Shown here piece after piece: positions 19,674 through 29,762 of a DNA stretch of 64,000 nt. Position 1 is the stretch's first letter. Each line of letters starts with the position of its first letter. The notes below the pieces were generated by a model, which was given only the letters and a program-made list of their open reading frames with translations, was not told the DNA's origin and ran no database searches. The stretch is from Desulfobulbus propionicus (lineage in GTDB: Bacteria > Desulfobacterota > Desulfobulbia > Desulfobulbales > Desulfobulbaceae): assembly GCA_002746685.1 (NCBI GenBank), contig PDQK01000027.1, positions 25,204 to 89,203 on the forward strand. Direction: 5' to 3'. The position numbers and the translations under genes were made by a program.

Positions 19674-19816
19674 TCGTCCTCAGTAATATTACTCCCCCCC
19701 TGTTGAACGTTACTACAGCGCCAATGACGCCTTGGTAGTATGCGCTTCAACGTTGTAAGTGGACTCAAACCATAGCTCTTTCCCGTAATTTTCATTTTCA
19801 GGATTTATCAACAAAC

Positions 19817-19832
19817 CGGTTCATGATTTGCA
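19817..19832 (+). promoter_or_regulatory. Sigma54 promoter upstream of flhB
   Basis: CGGTTCATGATTTGCA = GG-N10-GC with TTGCA, 48 bp before flhB. Confidence 0.55.
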
Positions 19833-19880
19833 TTACGTTTACTGAACCTCTTATCCCGTTAACACCACGCTCCACACATT

Positions 19881-20951
19881 ATGGCAGAAGATACTTCCAG
19901 CGAAGAACGCACAGAAGCGCCGTCGGCGAAACGAAGAGAAGACTTTCGTAAAAAGGGTCAGGTGGCTCAAAGCAAGGAAGTGCAGACCGCAGCCCTGTTC
20001 ACTGTCCTGTTGTTATTCTGGCTCTTCTACGCACCACGCTTTTTAGGGGGGATCGAAGAGGTGTTAATGGCCCTGTGGAACAAGAGCGGGGAATACCCCG
20101 TAACAGCTCCGTCGGTTATGCAGTTGTCTTACTTTCTTGGTAAACAGCTCGGCCTGCTGATGGCACCGCTGTTTGGTATAGCCCTGCTGGTGGGCTTCTT
20201 TTCCACCTATCTTCAAATTGGATGGCTCTTTACCGGTCAACCAATGATCCCGGACCTCAATAAACTTGATCCCATCAAAGGCATGGCCCGCTTTGTCTCC
20301 AAACGCTCCTTTGTGGAGTTGATCAAATCCATGAGCAAGGTCCTGCTGATCGGCTGGGTTGCCTATCAGACCGTCAAAGGGGAATTTGACAAGGCGTTAC
20401 TCCTGGGTGAAATGGAAGTGTACGCTACCATGCAATATCTGGGACACACTGCCATGCTGGTACTTGCCAAGGTGGTGGGCATCATGATCTTCCTGGCAGC
20501 CCTTGATTTTGGGTTTGTCAAATGGGAAATGGAAGAAAAGATGAAAATGACCAAGCAGGAAATAAAGGAGGAAATGAAGGAAACCGAGGGTGATCCGCAC
20601 ATAAAGTCAAAAATACGTTCCATCCAGCAACAGCTTGCCAGGAGCCGAATGATGGCCGCAGTACCGGAAGCAGACGTGGTTATCACCAACCCGACCCACT
20701 ATGCTGTGGCCTTGAAATATGATGCAAAAACCATGGATTCTCCGAAAGTTGTCGCTAAAGGGCAGCAGTTAGTGGCTGGAAAAATCCGGGAGCTGGCCAA
20801 AGAACATGATATTCCCATTGTGGAAAACCCACCAGTGGCAAGATTATTGCATTCGAAAGTGGATATAGGCCAGTCAATACCAGAAGATTTATTCAAAGCT
20901 GTGGCCGAAATACTTGCCTATGTATACTCACTCAAAACCACTAAAAAGTAA
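19881..20951 (+). CDS. flhB: Export switch protein FlhB
   Basis: RTEAPS.KR, EGDPHIK, NPTH autocleavage site. Confidence 0.97.
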   Translation: MAEDTSSEERTEAPSAKRREDFRKKGQVAQSKEVQTAALFTVLLLFWLFYAPRFLGGIEEVLMALWNKSGEYPVTAPSVMQLSYFLGKQLGLLMAPLFGIALLVGFFSTYLQIGWLFTGQPMIPDLNKLDPIKGMARFVSKRSFVELIKSMSKVLLIGWVAYQTVKGEFDKALLLGEMEVYATMQYLGHTAMLVLAKVVGIMIFLAALDFGFVKWEMEEKMKMTKQEIKEEMKETEGDPHIKSKIRSIQQQLARSRMMAAVPEADVVITNPTHYAVALKYDAKTMDSPKVVAKGQQLVAGKIRELAKEHDIPIVENPPVARLLHSKVDIGQSIPEDLFKAVAEILAYVYSLKTTKK

Positions 20952-20960
20952 CAGGAATTC

Positions 20961-23063
20961 ATGGAATCTGTTAGTCATCCATCACTGGTCAACCGACTGA
21001 GAATAGAAGACCTGCACAAGCGAAGCGATGTCTTTGCCGCCCTTGGTCTAGTCGGTATTCTGACCCTGATGATTATTCCATTACCACCGATTATTCTTGA
21101 CCTGTGTTTATCTTTTAACATTACCCTGGCACTGCTGATCCTGATCATCAGCTTATACACCCAGAAGGCCGTTGAATTTTCGATCTTTCCTTCGATTTTA
21201 CTCGCCACTACTCTGTTCAGGCTCTCACTTAATGTGGCTTCCACCCGTCTGATTCTGCTCCATGGGCACGAGGGTATGGGTGCAGCAGGCTCAGTCATCC
21301 AGTCCTTTGGTCAGTTTGTTGTTGGTGGTTCGTATGTGGTTGGTTTGGTGATTTTTGTTATTCTGGTCATCATTAACTTTATTGTTATCACCAAGGGTGC
21401 TGGCCGGATCGCCGAAGTTGCAGCCCGTTTTACCCTGGATGCCATGCCAGGTAAGCAGATGGCTATTGATGCGGACCTGAATGCCGGACTCATAGACGAG
21501 ACAACAGCACGCCAGAGACGGGAAGAGATCTCCAATGAGGCCAACTTCCACGGTGCCATGGACGGTGCATCCAAGTTTGTCCGTGGTGATGCCATTGCAG
21601 GTATAATCATCACGTTAATTAACATTGGTGCCGGCTTTATCATCGGCGTGCTTCAAAAAGGGATGCCCATGACCGATGCAGCCCAGAATTACACGATCCT
21701 CACCATTGGCGATGGTCTGGTTGGTCAGGTTCCGGCGCTCATTATATCCACTGCAGCCGGTATGCTGGTCACCAGATCAGCTGGCAAGGAAGACTTTGGC
21801 TCTGAACTCAAACTCCAATTCACCAGGTACTCCAAAGCATTGTGGGTGGTTTCGGCAATTCTCCTTGCGTTTGCCCTCATTCCTGGAATGCCCTTTCTCC
21901 CCTTCCTGGTTATCGCGGCAGGACTTGCTTTTGCAGCCTACTCCATTGACAAGGCTGAAAAAGAAGCAGAAAAGGCGAAACCGCTTATTGAAGAACCAGA
22001 ACCAATCATCAAGCCAGATGAAGATTATGAGCAGATGCTTAACGTAGACCTCATCGAACTTGAGGTGGGATACGGGTTGATCCCCTTTGTTGACGCTGCC
22101 CAGGATGGAGAGCTGTTACAACGTATCCAATCCATCCGTAAGCAATTTGCTCTTTCAAGCGGCTTTATTGTTCCGCCTGTCCACATCAAGGATAACCTCC
22201 AGCTCAGCCCTAACCAGTACACCATCAGCTTGAAAGGTGTTCAGGTAGCTACTGCTGAAATGATGCCAGGCTACAGCATGGCCATGGATCCAGGTATGGT
22301 CACGGAAACCATCACCGGTATTCCAACCCAGGAACCCGCCTTCCAGTTGCCTGCCACCTGGATCACCGAAGATAAACGTGAGCAGGCCCAGATTGCTGGC
22401 TACACGGTGGTGGATTGCACTACCGTCATGGCGACCCACATCTCTGAAATCATAAAACAACACGCCCATGAGCTGCTTGGTCGTCAGGAGACACAAAATC
22501 TCATTGACAACCTGGGCCAAACCTATCCCAAGCTCATTGAAGATCTGGTGCCCAATATCCTCAATCTTGGCTCAATCATGCGGGTGCTGCAAAACCTGCT
22601 GCGGGAAAATGTTTCCATCCGCGACCTGCGCTCTATCCTGGAAACCATGGCAGACTACACGCCCATGACCCAGGATACCGACACCTTGACCGAATATGTA
22701 CGGCATGCTCTTTCACGATCCATATCCTCTACCTTCACCATGGAAGATGGCACCATGTCCATCCTGACCATGGATCGTAGCGTTGAAGATACCATTCAGA
22801 CAGCTATCCAGCATCGAGAGCACGGTTCTTATCTGGCCCTGGACCCAACAGTTGCCCAAAAAATTCTTGATAGTCTCGGCAACCTGATTTCAAGCTACCC
22901 AGGTGGTCAGCAACCAGCCCTGCTGGTTACACCGCAGATCAGACCCCATGTGCGCAGGCTGACGGAACGGTATTTCCCGAACCTGGCGGTGCTCTCGCAT
23001 AACGAAATAACCACAAACGTAAACATTCAATCAGTTGGAACGGTAACCATCAATGCAAGTTAA
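20961..23063 (+). CDS. flhA: Export apparatus protein FlhA
   Basis: RIAEVAARFTLDAMPGKQMAIDADL, GAMDGASKFVRGDAIAG. Confidence 0.98.
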   Translation: MESVSHPSLVNRLRIEDLHKRSDVFAALGLVGILTLMIIPLPPIILDLCLSFNITLALLILIISLYTQKAVEFSIFPSILLATTLFRLSLNVASTRLILLHGHEGMGAAGSVIQSFGQFVVGGSYVVGLVIFVILVIINFIVITKGAGRIAEVAARFTLDAMPGKQMAIDADLNAGLIDETTARQRREEISNEANFHGAMDGASKFVRGDAIAGIIITLINIGAGFIIGVLQKGMPMTDAAQNYTILTIGDGLVGQVPALIISTAAGMLVTRSAGKEDFGSELKLQFTRYSKALWVVSAILLAFALIPGMPFLPFLVIAAGLAFAAYSIDKAEKEAEKAKPLIEEPEPIIKPDEDYEQMLNVDLIELEVGYGLIPFVDAAQDGELLQRIQSIRKQFALSSGFIVPPVHIKDNLQLSPNQYTISLKGVQVATAEMMPGYSMAMDPGMVTETITGIPTQEPAFQLPATWITEDKREQAQIAGYTVVDCTTVMATHISEIIKQHAHELLGRQETQNLIDNLGQTYPKLIEDLVPNILNLGSIMRVLQNLLRENVSIRDLRSILETMADYTPMTQDTDTLTEYVRHALSRSISSTFTMEDGTMSILTMDRSVEDTIQTAIQHREHGSYLALDPTVAQKILDSLGNLISSYPGGQQPALLVTPQIRPHVRRLTERYFPNLAVLSHNEITTNVNIQSVGTVTINAS

Positions 23064-24324
23064 GGTTTTTGAAGCTCCAGATATGTCCAGTGGGTTGAAA
23101 CTGGTAAAAGATACATTTGGCCCTGATGCGTTGATTCTCTCCACCCGCACGGTTAAACGTGGGGGTAAACTGGGGTTGATGGGCAAATCAATCCTGGAAA
23201 TTACGGCAGCCATTGATAACCAGTGGCAGGAAAAACCTGTTCCTCACCCAATTGAACCAGCAAAACGATCACTCCTGACTTCACCAGCCAGGGATCCGCT
23301 GCACGATGAGATCACCTATGACCAGATCTGGGACGCACCAGAACCTGAACCTGCTCCAGAAATCCCCCAAAGAAATACTGACGATTCAGCCCAATTAAAA
23401 AACGATATTGCTGATCTCAAAGCAACCATAGAAGGGCTGACGCAGAGGATTTCAGCCATCCAGGCGGCTAAGCAAAACCGCTCACCCGTAACAAGAAAAC
23501 CTTATATCGAGCCTGAATTTACCCAACCAGCGGCAACGGCAACGGACCAGTTATGCACAATCCTGTCAAGCCACGGTGTTGACCCTGCCACTGCCACCAT
23601 TGTGGCGGATTGTGCCAGGGAGCATATCCAGAGTGACACGGAAATTCGGATCGACCAGGAGTCAGCGCTGAAAGCGGCGATCACCAAAATGATCACCACC
23701 GAGAAATTGCTCCAGCAAAAGCTCCATCGACAGCAACGGATCAGTTTAATCGGGCCAACCGGGGTTGGCAAAACCACCACCATCGCAAAACTAGCTGCCA
23801 ACTACCTCAGTCAATTTGGCGGAAAAATTGCTTTATTCACCATAGACACCTATCGCATTGCCGCCATTGAACAGCTCAAGGTCTATGGAGAAATCATGCG
23901 GCTGCCAGTGGAGGTGATCATCAAGCCGGAAGAGGTGGGCCAGGCACTATGCAAGTACAGTGATTACGATTTGATTCTCATCGATACAGCGGGTAGAAGC
24001 CCGCACAACACCACTGACCTCCAGGAAATGGGAAGCTTTCTTGATCCATCCCATGGCATTGAAAATCACCTGCTGCTTGCCTCAACTACCCGTGAGCGGG
24101 AGCTTGCAGAAACCATTAACCGGTTTTCCATCCTCCCGGTCAGGTCCTTTATTTTCAGCAAAATTGACGAGTGTGACCAGCTCGGCACCATCGTAAACAT
24201 CCATAGCAAAAACAGTACCCCCATATCCTTTCTCACCAATGGTCAGCGGGTACCAGAAGACATCATTGCCCCTAACCCGGCAACGATTGCCAACCTCATC
24301 ATGAACGATCACAGGAACCTGTAG
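23053..24324 (+). CDS. flhF: SRP-like GTPase FlhF
   Basis: GPTGVGKTTTIAKLA, DTYRIAA.EQL, DTAGRS, NGQRVPED. Confidence 0.96.
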   Translation: MQVKVFEAPDMSSGLKLVKDTFGPDALILSTRTVKRGGKLGLMGKSILEITAAIDNQWQEKPVPHPIEPAKRSLLTSPARDPLHDEITYDQIWDAPEPEPAPEIPQRNTDDSAQLKNDIADLKATIEGLTQRISAIQAAKQNRSPVTRKPYIEPEFTQPAATATDQLCTILSSHGVDPATATIVADCAREHIQSDTEIRIDQESALKAAITKMITTEKLLQQKLHRQQRISLIGPTGVGKTTTIAKLAANYLSQFGGKIALFTIDTYRIAAIEQLKVYGEIMRLPVEVIIKPEEVGQALCKYSDYDLILIDTAGRSPHNTTDLQEMGSFLDPSHGIENHLLLASTTRERELAETINRFSILPVRSFIFSKIDECDQLGTIVNIHSKNSTPISFLTNGQRVPEDIIAPNPATIANLIMNDHRNL

Positions 24325-24325
24325 C

Positions 24326-25225
24326 ATGGCTGATCACCCAATACGCCCTTTAGACCAGGCAGACACGCTGAGGTCGATGAATTCAACAGAAAACGTGGGA
24401 CAAGATCCGCTCCATTCAACAACCAGGGTTTTTTCCATAACCAGCGGCAAAGGTGGAGTGGGCAAAACGGCAGTTGTGGCCAATGTGGCTGTTTTACTGG
24501 CCCAAATGGGTCAACGGGTCCTCATCTTAGACGCTGACCTGGGCCTTGCCAATATTGACGTTGTTTTCGGACTTGCCCCGGGCCACAACCTCAATCATTT
24601 TTTCTCAGGCGAACAGGAGCTTAAAGACATCCTGGTTGAAGGACCTGCAGAGATTAAAATATTACCAGCTGGCTCCGGGGTGCAGCGTTTCACCCGGCTC
24701 GAAACCGCCGAAAAATTGCGCCTTTTAGATGCACTTGATGCCATGCACAATGATTTTGATTTTGTGTTGATTGATACGGAAGCGGGCATCTCTGAAAATG
24801 TCACCTACTTTAACACAGCGGCCCACGAGATTCTGGTGGTGACCACCCCTGATCCAACAGCCATCACCGATGCTTATGCACTGATGAAACTGCTCTCCAC
24901 CCAGTACCATGAGAAACATTTTAATCTGATTGTCAACTTTATCAAAAACGAAGAAGAAGCCCTGGATGTATACCGTAAGCTCACCATGGTGGCCAATCGT
25001 TACCTGGATATTGCCATCGACTATATGGGCTCGGTCCCCAGGGATAAGATGATGATTGACGCCATCCGCAAACAACAGGTGATGGTGGATCTCTTTCCTG
25101 AATCAAAAACAAGTGCAGCCTTTGCAGCCCTGGCCCGCTCCCTCATGCAGGAGCCCCAATCTCTGGAACCCAAAGGTTCTATCCAGTTCTTCTGGAAACG
25201 GCTCCTTGATTTTGGCAATAAATAA
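24326..25225 (+). CDS. flhG: MinD-like ATPase FlhG/FleN
   Basis: DQAxxLR N-terminal motif, SGKGGVGKT, DADLGLAN, C-terminal amphipathic FFWKRLL. Confidence 0.95.
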   Translation: MADHPIRPLDQADTLRSMNSTENVGQDPLHSTTRVFSITSGKGGVGKTAVVANVAVLLAQMGQRVLILDADLGLANIDVVFGLAPGHNLNHFFSGEQELKDILVEGPAEIKILPAGSGVQRFTRLETAEKLRLLDALDAMHNDFDFVLIDTEAGISENVTYFNTAAHEILVVTTPDPTAITDAYALMKLLSTQYHEKHFNLIVNFIKNEEEALDVYRKLTMVANRYLDIAIDYMGSVPRDKMMIDAIRKQQVMVDLFPESKTSAAFAALARSLMQEPQSLEPKGSIQFFWKRLLDFGNK

Positions 25226-25237
25226 ACGCAAATACCA

Positions 25238-25975
25238 TTGACCATGTATCCACCTGTACCGCCCCTTGATAATCGTTCTGAAATGATTCGGGACAACATG
25301 CAACTGGTCGAGATAGTTGTACAACGCATGGTTCCCCAGGTCCCCTCATTCATGACCAGGGACGACATGACCAGTGCGGCCATGGTGGGGTTAACCGATG
25401 CTGCCAACCGATTTGACAGCTCCAAGGGAATTCAATTCAAGACCTTTGCTGAACATAGAATGCGTGGTGCCATATTAGACGAGATGCGCAAGATGGATTG
25501 GTTCTCACGCACCATGCGAGATAAACAAAACCAATTAACCCAAACCATGCTCCGTCTGGAAAGAAAACTTGGCCGTTCCCCCAGTGAACAGGAAATGGCT
25601 GATGAAATGCATATTCAACTGGAAGATTACCACACCATGCTCACTCAGGTAAGCCATCTTGGCTGTGTCAGTCTCCATGAAACATTGGACAACAGTGAAG
25701 AGGGCCGGAGTTTTCTTGATGCCCTTGAAGACGTTGGCGGACACACACCCATTGAAGTCATTGAACAGGAAGAAGTCACCTATCTGCTGGCAGATATTTT
25801 AGAAGAGCTGTCAGAAAAAGAACGGTTGGTTATCGCTTTATATTACTACGAAGAGTTGACCCAAAAGGAAATCGCAGAGGTTATCAGTGTTTCAGAGGGA
25901 AGGGTTTCCCAACTGCATAGCCAGGCCTTACTCAAGCTCAAGGTCAAACTGATGAATACTGATTATTGGGACTAG
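25238..25975 (+). CDS. fliA: Flagellar sigma factor FliA (sigma28)
   Basis: F.TFAEHR.RGAILDEMRKMDW, LYYYEELTQKEIAEV...RVSQLH. Confidence 0.96.
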   Translation: MTMYPPVPPLDNRSEMIRDNMQLVEIVVQRMVPQVPSFMTRDDMTSAAMVGLTDAANRFDSSKGIQFKTFAEHRMRGAILDEMRKMDWFSRTMRDKQNQLTQTMLRLERKLGRSPSEQEMADEMHIQLEDYHTMLTQVSHLGCVSLHETLDNSEEGRSFLDALEDVGGHTPIEVIEQEEVTYLLADILEELSEKERLVIALYYYEELTQKEIAEVISVSEGRVSQLHSQALLKLKVKLMNTDYWD

Positions 25976-25996
25976 CTCAAACCAGGGAGGTAATGC

Positions 25997-26434
25997 ATGA
26001 CCACAAACATCGCCATAGCTATCTGCAGCACCCTGCTTGGTTTTTGCTTGAGCCTGATTACTCTAAGCCTTGCCGCAAAAAAAAAGCCGCACAGGAATAT
26101 CCAGCAGGCAGCTCCCCGATTAGATGAAAAAAAACTCAAGCAATTAGAACATAAGCTGCAGACTGCGCTCTCAGAAGAACAACCGATGCGCATAAAACCT
26201 GTTGCCAGTTTTAAGCAGACACTGGATTCAGCTGCCCTTACCACGGAGTTTCAGATTCCACGGTTAATGACCCAAAACCGTGTTCATCAACCAGCACCAG
26301 AAAAATACACCATCCTCAGCAAGCTGGTCTCCAAAGGGCTGAATCCTGACGAGATTGCTTCTATCCTGGGTATTTCAACCAGAGAGGCCAACCAACTTAC
26401 CAAGCTTTGCGCTTTAGCTGAACCAGGCAAGTAA
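25997..26434 (+). CDS. Membrane-anchored protein with C-terminal HTH-like domain (FipA/DUF2802- or SwrB-like)
   Basis: N-terminal TM; C-terminal YTILSKLVSKGLNPDEIASILGISTREANQL; directly after fliA. Confidence 0.6.
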   Translation: MTTNIAIAICSTLLGFCLSLITLSLAAKKKPHRNIQQAAPRLDEKKLKQLEHKLQTALSEEQPMRIKPVASFKQTLDSAALTTEFQIPRLMTQNRVHQPAPEKYTILSKLVSKGLNPDEIASILGISTREANQLTKLCALAEPGK

Positions 26435-26447
26435 CGCCACCTTTGGC

Positions 26448-26475
26448 TTAAGAAAAGCAGCTGAACTGCCGAAAT
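26448..26475 (+). promoter_or_regulatory. Sigma28-like promoter upstream of flgF
   Basis: TTAA-N16-GCCGAAAT, 44 bp before flgF. Confidence 0.55.
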
Positions 26476-26519
26476 AACGAGAGAACACGTTCAACCACTT
26501 CTACCAGTTATAACACATA

Positions 26520-27254
26520 ATGGTTTCAGGAAAATACGCAGCCTTAAGTGGTGCCATAGCAAGGGAACAGGCCCTGGATAATGTGGCTTCCAACCTGGCA
26601 AATGTGAACACCACCGGGTTTAAAAAAAACAGGATCAGTTTTGAGTCCATTTTGCGTGAATCCAGGCAAATAACCCATGCAAAAGGGATAAACTATTCCC
26701 GTATCCGCCATATTGGCACAGACCATAGCCAGGGAAGTATGCAGGAAACGGGCAACCCGCTTGATCTGGCCATTGAAGGGGAAGGGTTTTTCAAGCTCGA
26801 CAAAGCCGGTGCAAGCTACTACACCAGATCTGGCCATTTCATGCTGGATCAAAACGGGATGGTTACAACAGCAGACGGCTACAATCTGGTCGGGCGAGGC
26901 AACGCGCCGCTTAAACTCCCTGATGCAGCTGGTCGCACTATTGTTATCAGCCAAAACGGTACCATTTCTGTCGATGGTATTGCTTCAGGAAAGCAGGTCC
27001 AGCTCTATACTGTTGAGGATCAACAGCAGCTCAAAAAAGTGGGGAACACCAGGTTTCAACTGGACCAGGGAAATGACTTGCCCATGCAGGAGTTCCAGGT
27101 GCTCCAGGGGCGCCTGGAGACCTCCAACGTGAATATGATGGAAGAAATGGCTGTGATGATCAATACCCAGCGGAAATTTGAGGCAGACATGAAGGTGTTG
27201 AACAACTATTCAACGCTCAGTGATAAGCAGGACGAACTGGGCTCAGTAGGATAA
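26520..27254 (+). CDS. flgF: Rod protein FlgF
   Basis: SNLANVNTTGFK, TGNPLDLAIEGEGFF, LETSNVN; precedes flgG. Confidence 0.9.
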   Translation: MVSGKYAALSGAIAREQALDNVASNLANVNTTGFKKNRISFESILRESRQITHAKGINYSRIRHIGTDHSQGSMQETGNPLDLAIEGEGFFKLDKAGASYYTRSGHFMLDQNGMVTTADGYNLVGRGNAPLKLPDAAGRTIVISQNGTISVDGIASGKQVQLYTVEDQQQLKKVGNTRFQLDQGNDLPMQEFQVLQGRLETSNVNMMEEMAVMINTQRKFEADMKVLNNYSTLSDKQDELGSVG

Positions 27255-27293
27255 CAGCGCCCAATAGCTATAAAAAAGTGTACGAGGAACCTT

Positions 27294-28073
27294 ATGCGAT
27301 CTCTCTGGACAGCAACAACCGGTATGTCAGCTCAAACACTGAATATCGATGTCATAGCCCACAATCTGGCAAACGTTTCCACCACAGGATTTAAACGCAG
27401 CCGGGCAGACTTCCAGGACCTTTTGTACCAAATTATGGAAGTTCCCGGCAGCCCCACGTCTGATGATACCCAATCCCCCACCGGAATCCAGGTTGGCCTG
27501 GGCGTCAAAGCCGCTGGAGTTACCAAAAATTTCACCACCGGTGACCTCATCAAGACAGAAAATGAGCTTGATCTGGCCATTGAAGGGACGGGGTTTTTCC
27601 AGGTGAATATGCCCGATGGCAACACCGGCTACACCAGAGCTGGTACCTTCAGGCTTGATGGGGATGGCCGCATGGTCACCTCCGATGGCTATCCGCTCCA
27701 ACCGGCAATCGTCATCCCAGAGGATGCCACAGAGGTCACCATCAGTGAGAGCGGGGTGGTCAGCGCCCTCCTTGGCGGTGACGCTGAGCCCACCCAGTTA
27801 GGCAACATTGACCTGGCAAATTTCGTGAACCCCGGTGGTCTGCTGGCGGTTGGTAAAAACCTGTTCAGGGAAACGCAATCTTCCGGTGTTGCAGCCATTG
27901 GTACTCCAGGTCAAGAAGGGTACGGCACTCTGCTCCAGGGCTTCTACGAGAACTCCAATGTCAACATGGTGGAAGAGCTGGCGCACCTGATCACCAGCCA
28001 ACGCGCCTATGAGATTAACTCACGTATTGTCTCCACCTCAGACCAAATGATGCAAACCGTAACCAACTTGTAA
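27294..28073 (+). CDS. flgG: Distal rod protein FlgG
   Basis: MRSLWTA.TGM, FQDLLYQ, PTGIQVGLG, QRAYEINS. Confidence 0.97.
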   Translation: MRSLWTATTGMSAQTLNIDVIAHNLANVSTTGFKRSRADFQDLLYQIMEVPGSPTSDDTQSPTGIQVGLGVKAAGVTKNFTTGDLIKTENELDLAIEGTGFFQVNMPDGNTGYTRAGTFRLDGDGRMVTSDGYPLQPAIVIPEDATEVTISESGVVSALLGGDAEPTQLGNIDLANFVNPGGLLAVGKNLFRETQSSGVAAIGTPGQEGYGTLLQGFYENSNVNMVEELAHLITSQRAYEINSRIVSTSDQMMQTVTNL

Positions 28074-28074
28074 C

Positions 28075-29031
28075 ATGATAAAACCGGCGCTACATACGCT
28101 GCTCTTGAGCACCCTTTTACTCTGCTTGGCGGTTTCCGTATATGCTGAAACTACCGTATCGTTCAGGAAACATGCAGCAGTAAATACCAGCAAAGTGCTC
28201 CTGGCCGACATCGCAGACATCTCGCCTGTTTCAGCAAGCAAAGATGTAGGGCAAATCAGTGTTGGAGCAGCACCTCAGCTAGGCAGGGTAAAAACCTTTG
28301 AGGTTGCAGTTCTGTTAGCCTCACTCCAGAATAATCCACTGGCACGAGGTGTGCACTGGCAGGGTAGCCCTCAAGTAGAGGTATTGCGCCAGACCACTCG
28401 TATCAAAAAAGCGCAACTGATTTCCATGGTAAATAACTACCTGGAAGACAATCGAGAAAGCCTGCCACCTGGCACGGTTCGCTTCACCCCGCGAAGGGTT
28501 CCTGAAGAAGTCCTGGTTCCACGGGGTAAACTGAGCTGGAAGATAAAACCATCACGCTCTGAACTCGTCAAAAGCTCAAATTTTTCCATTTATTTTCAGG
28601 TGGATGGCAAACCAGCTCAAAACTGTACGGTACGTGGTACACTACAAATTATGCACCCGGTTGCAGTAGCGCTGACCACTATTACAAGGGGCCAGCCCAT
28701 AGCTGGTAGTGTTATCAGCTTTGTTGAGAGGGATATAACCAAGCTCCGTAATCCGATATTTGCACGCCAGGAAGTTGTTGGAATGCTGGCAAAACGAACG
28801 CTGAGAAAAGGACGTGCCATTGAACACGACCACATTGCCTTTCCGCCAGTTATTGCAGAAGGCGAGCTGGTCAAAATTTTGGCTATCAAAGGCAATCTGA
28901 AAATAACCGCCAACGGTATTGCCAAAACATCAGGTAAAACAGGAGAGGTCATCCGGGTACAAAATATCACCTCCAATAAGCTTATTTACGCCAGGATTGA
29001 TGCACCTGGCATTGTTTCTGTGGAGTTTTAA
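28075..29031 (+). CDS. flgA: P-ring formation chaperone FlgA
   Basis: Signal peptide, SAF-like domain, G..G..IRVQN..S; flgG-flgH position. Confidence 0.88.
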   Translation: MIKPALHTLLLSTLLLCLAVSVYAETTVSFRKHAAVNTSKVLLADIADISPVSASKDVGQISVGAAPQLGRVKTFEVAVLLASLQNNPLARGVHWQGSPQVEVLRQTTRIKKAQLISMVNNYLEDNRESLPPGTVRFTPRRVPEEVLVPRGKLSWKIKPSRSELVKSSNFSIYFQVDGKPAQNCTVRGTLQIMHPVAVALTTITRGQPIAGSVISFVERDITKLRNPIFARQEVVGMLAKRTLRKGRAIEHDHIAFPPVIAEGELVKILAIKGNLKITANGIAKTSGKTGEVIRVQNITSNKLIYARIDAPGIVSVEF

Positions 29032-29032
29032 C

Positions 29033-29749
29033 ATGCATTACTCAAACCCAAAAAGCAGAGTATGTTCAGCACACCTGCTCATCCTTACCGCTGCCCTGTT
29101 ATGCATTGCAGGATGCAGCACAACAACGCAGGAAGTGGTGAATATCCCCGAACCTTTGGAAGCACCGATGATACAGGCTCCCAGGCCTCAATCACCCGGC
29201 TCTCTCTGGACCGGCAGCGAAGGGAACTGGCTGTCCGATGTAAAAGCCCGCAATATAGGTGATATTGTAACGGTTATTATTGCAGAAAAGGCCAGCGCAT
29301 CTAAACAGGCAACCACTGAAACTGACCGGACATCAAGTATGACAGCTGGTATTCCAAAGCTGTTTGGCTATGAAACAATGCTTAAGGATAAAAACCCTGA
29401 CCTGGATATGTCATCACTGGTCGAGGCCAATCTTTCCAACGCACATAAAGGAAATGGCAAAACCACTCGCACCGAGAACCTGGCAGCCACACTTACTACC
29501 CAGGTCATAGAAGTGTATCCAAACGGCAATTTGAAAATCCGCGGCGGGAAACAGGTCACGGTCAACAACGAAAGTCAGATTATCTACCTGACCGGCATTG
29601 TGCGCTCCTTTGATATATCAGCGGCCAACACCATTGACTCAGGCGACATCCTCAATGCGCAAATAGCCTACACCGGCAAAGGTGTTATCTCGGACAAACA
29701 ACGACCTGGCTGGCTCATGCGGGTACTGGATAATGCCTGGCCCTTTTAG
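29033..29749 (+). CDS. flgH: L-ring lipoprotein FlgH
   Basis: Lipobox IAGC, GDIVTV, PNGNLKIRG, PGWL..WPF; start at ATG 29033. Confidence 0.95.
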   Translation: MHYSNPKSRVCSAHLLILTAALLCIAGCSTTTQEVVNIPEPLEAPMIQAPRPQSPGSLWTGSEGNWLSDVKARNIGDIVTVIIAEKASASKQATTETDRTSSMTAGIPKLFGYETMLKDKNPDLDMSSLVEANLSNAHKGNGKTTRTENLAATLTTQVIEVYPNGNLKIRGGKQVTVNNESQIIYLTGIVRSFDISAANTIDSGDILNAQIAYTGKGVISDKQRPGWLMRVLDNAWPF

Positions 29750-29762
29750 CAGGATAAGAGAT

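Noticed and set aside
26077-26134. A9 and A8 runs in the gene after fliA (also A8 in flgF and G8 in ggt) as phase-variation tracts
   Set aside because: Short, in frame, and explained by Lys or Pro codons
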